The notes below the pieces were generated by a model. It was not told the DNA's origin and did no database searches. It saw nothing but the letters and a program-made list of their open reading frames with translations. A stretch of DNA of 64,000 nucleotides from the NCBI RefSeq assembly GCF_020745735.1, contig NC_083428.1, positions 25,854,001-25,918,000 of the forward strand, in the 5' to 3' direction. Source of the stretch: Hemiscyllium ocellatum. Taxonomy: Eukaryota. Shown in pieces: positions 61,448 to 64,000 of this stretch (within the stretch, counting starts at the first letter, position 1; each line of letters starts with the position of its first letter). The position numbers were made by a program, and so were the translations under genes.

Positions 61448-64000
61448 ATTCCAGTGCAAAAACGACAAAACCAAAAGGAATAAATTCAAGAAGTATTCCA
61501 AAACCAACAGAAAGACTTTCAGGAAATATTCAAATGCCAAATATCATGAAAATAAATCCCACAAATGTTTCAGCTATATTAATGGTTGAGACATCTTTCA
61601 CAGATACACTAAAATCAGATGTGAAGGAAAACATGGCCAGAGGTTTGCAAAACAATGAAAAAAACAGGAAAAGGAAAGGAAAACATATTGCATGCAAACA
61701 CAGATTACATGGCAAGAACATACATTCAACTGATGATCACACACTAAAAGAAAGTCAAAATTATTCAACTAAAAAGGCAAACGTAAAAGAGGAGAAAACA
61801 AGTTCAACAAGGTTGTTTACAGTTAAACAAAAAGACAACAATCTGTCAAGTAAGCCACAACCAAACTTGAAACAATCATCCTCAGCAAATACTCTACCAA
61901 CAAAAATAATGGAGACATCCTCAACAAATACTCCAACATCAAAACTAATGGAAACATTCTCGACAGCTACTCAAACACTGAAAATGAAGCAAAATATTCC
62001 AACGTCAAAACTGGTGGAATCATCTTCGACAAATACTCCAACACCAAAAATAATGAAAACATCATTGACCAATACTCTTACACCAAAATGGATGGAAACA
62101 TCATTAACCAATACTCCAAAAATGGTGGAATCATCCACAATAAATACTCCAACTCCAAAACTGGTGCAAACATCCTCAACAAATACTCCAACACCAAAAA
62201 TAATGGAAACATCCACAAAAAATTCTCCAACACCAAAAATAATGGAAACATCATTGATCAATACTCCAACATCAAAACTGGTGGAAAAATCATCGACTAA
62301 TACTCCAAAAATGGTGGAATCATCCACGACGAATATTCTAACACCAAAAGTAAAGGAAACATCATCAACCAAGACTTCAACATCAAAAATAATTGAAGCA
62401 ACCTCATCAAATACTCTATGGCCAAAAACAGTAGAATTATTCTCAACAAAGACTCCAACAACAAACTTAATAGAAACAATCTCAACTAATTCTCCAACTC
62501 AGAGAGTAATAGAGTCTTCATCAACAGAAGCTCCAACAGCAAAATTGGCAGAAAATCCATTGAAAAATTCCCCAACAACAAAAGGAAATGGAAATCGAAA
62601 AGGTAAAATTACACGATGTAAAGGCGTACATGGAAAAAATACACAAGCTGTAAAGGCTTCAACAATAAGTGTAAAATTGGACAGATCACCGTTAAACTCA
62701 CCAACACCAAAATGGGCAGAATCATCCTCAACAAACTCTCCAATATTGAAAATGATGGAAACGACCACAACACATACTCTAATACCAGAAATGGTGAAAT
62801 CATCCTCAATGAATAATCCACCATTAAGTGTGGCGAAAACATCTTCAAAAAATACTTTAACACCAAAATTGATGGAAATGTCCTCAACAAATACTCCAAC
62901 ATCAAAACTAATAGAAATATCCACGACACCAAAAATGATGGAATCAATCTTGTCAATTACTCCAACACCAGAAATGGTGAAATCATCCTCAAAAAATTCT
63001 CCAACGTCAAAAGTATTGGAAGAAATCCCAACAAAAACTTCAATACCAAAAGTGGTGGAACCATTCTCAACAAATACTCCAACATCAGGAGTGTTGGAAA
63101 CATCTTTGACAACTACTCAAACACTGAATATAATGAAATCATCTTCAAAAAATACTCCAAGACCAAAAATCATGGAATCATCCTCCACAAGGACTCCAAT
63201 GTTGAAAATGATGGAATCATCAACCACAAATACTCTAACACCAAAATTTGTGGAAACATCCCAAACAAATACCGCAACACCAAAAATGGTGGAAAGATCC
63301 ACAATAAATATTCCAACACCAAACATGGTACAGACATCCACAATAAATACTCCAACACCGCAAATGGTGGAATCATCCACGACAAATACTCCAACTCTGA
63401 AAATGAAGGAAACATCATCAACCAATACTCCAACAAAAATAATTGAAGCATCCTCGACAACTACTCTAAGGCCAAAAACTGTAGCATTATTCCCAACAAA
63501 GACTTCAACAACAAACATAATAGAAACATCCTCAACTAATTCTCCAACCCAGAGAGTAATAGAGTTATCTTCAACAAAATCTCCAACAACAAAATTGGCA
63601 GAAAATCCATCGAAAAATACCATGACAACAAAAGGAAATGGAAATCGAAAAGGAAAACCTACTCAGTGTAAAGGTGTACATGGAAAACCTGTAAAACCTA
63701 CAAAGGTAGCAACAACACGAGTTATGTTGGACAGATCTCTGTCATATTCACCAACGCCAAAATGGGCAGAATCATCCTCAACAAATTCTCCAATATTGAA
63801 AATGCTGGAAACAACCAAAACATATACTCCAACACCAGAAATGGTAGAAACATTCACAACAAATACTCCAACATCGAAAGTTGTGGAAACATCCTCAACA
63901 AGCACTCCAACACCAGAAATGGTGGAATCATCCTCAACAAATACTCCTACATTGAGAGTGGTGGAAATATCTTCAACAAATACTCTAACATCAAAAGTGG
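61448..64000 (+). CDS. Large exon of a Ser/Thr/Pro-rich tandem-repeat (mucin/proteoglycan-like) protein; runs off the window end
   Basis: Acceptor ttattaatattgtttctacAG. I read frame +1 codon by codon from 61450 to 63999 and found no stop (850 codons): SSAKTTKPKGINSRSIPKPTERLSGNIQMPN..., then degenerate 13-aa repeats like TPKMVESSSTNTP. It is absent from the ORF track, probably because no stop is reached inside the window. Confidence 0.88.
61861..64000 (+). repeat. Coding minisatellite, 39-bp unit (about ACACCAAAAATGGTGGAATCATCCTCAACAAATACTCCA), with a ~1050-bp higher-order repeat
   Basis: Dozens of degenerate 39-nt units whose indels are all multiples of 3. The block at ~62308-62790 is echoed at ~63361-63840. 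Confidence 0.9.

Noticed and set aside
61971-63905. Minus-strand hydrophobic repeat ORFs (VEDVSIIFGVGVF...) that look like membrane proteins
   Set aside because: Antisense shadows of the + strand PTS exon. They are broken by stops, while the + frame is continuous and has splice and signal-peptide support.
61861-64000. 39-bp periodic array as a CRISPR-like array
   Set aside because: No repeat/unique-spacer alternation, no cas genes, eukaryotic context, and frame-preserving degeneracy indicate a coding minisatellite.

Overview
Repeat-rich eukaryotic genomic DNA from a cartilaginous fish. The shark/ray origin is inferred from about 12 HE1-type tRNA-derived V-SINEs and their partner CR1 (HER1-like) LINEs. 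Most of the window is decayed retroelements: CR1 LINEs (one near full-length at 40.9-47.9 kb with nested insertions), Neptune-type Penelope-like elements (RT + GIY-YIG), a Deu-domain SINE, L2 remnants and a PIF/Harbinger transposase fossil. Two things stand out. (1) A + strand gene missing from the ORF track: TATA box, a signal-peptide exon (56182-56251), a phase-1 intron, then a stop-free exon of at least 2.55 kb (61448 to beyond 64000). It encodes a Ser/Thr/Pro-rich 13-aa repeat, mucin-like protein punctuated about every 310-350 aa by a basic single-Cys motif. (2) About a dozen minimal hammerhead ribozyme motifs in three sequence families, carried by Penelope-type terminal repeats and by short palindromic non-autonomous elements. 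Repeat boundaries are by eye and approximate, and no database searches were run.
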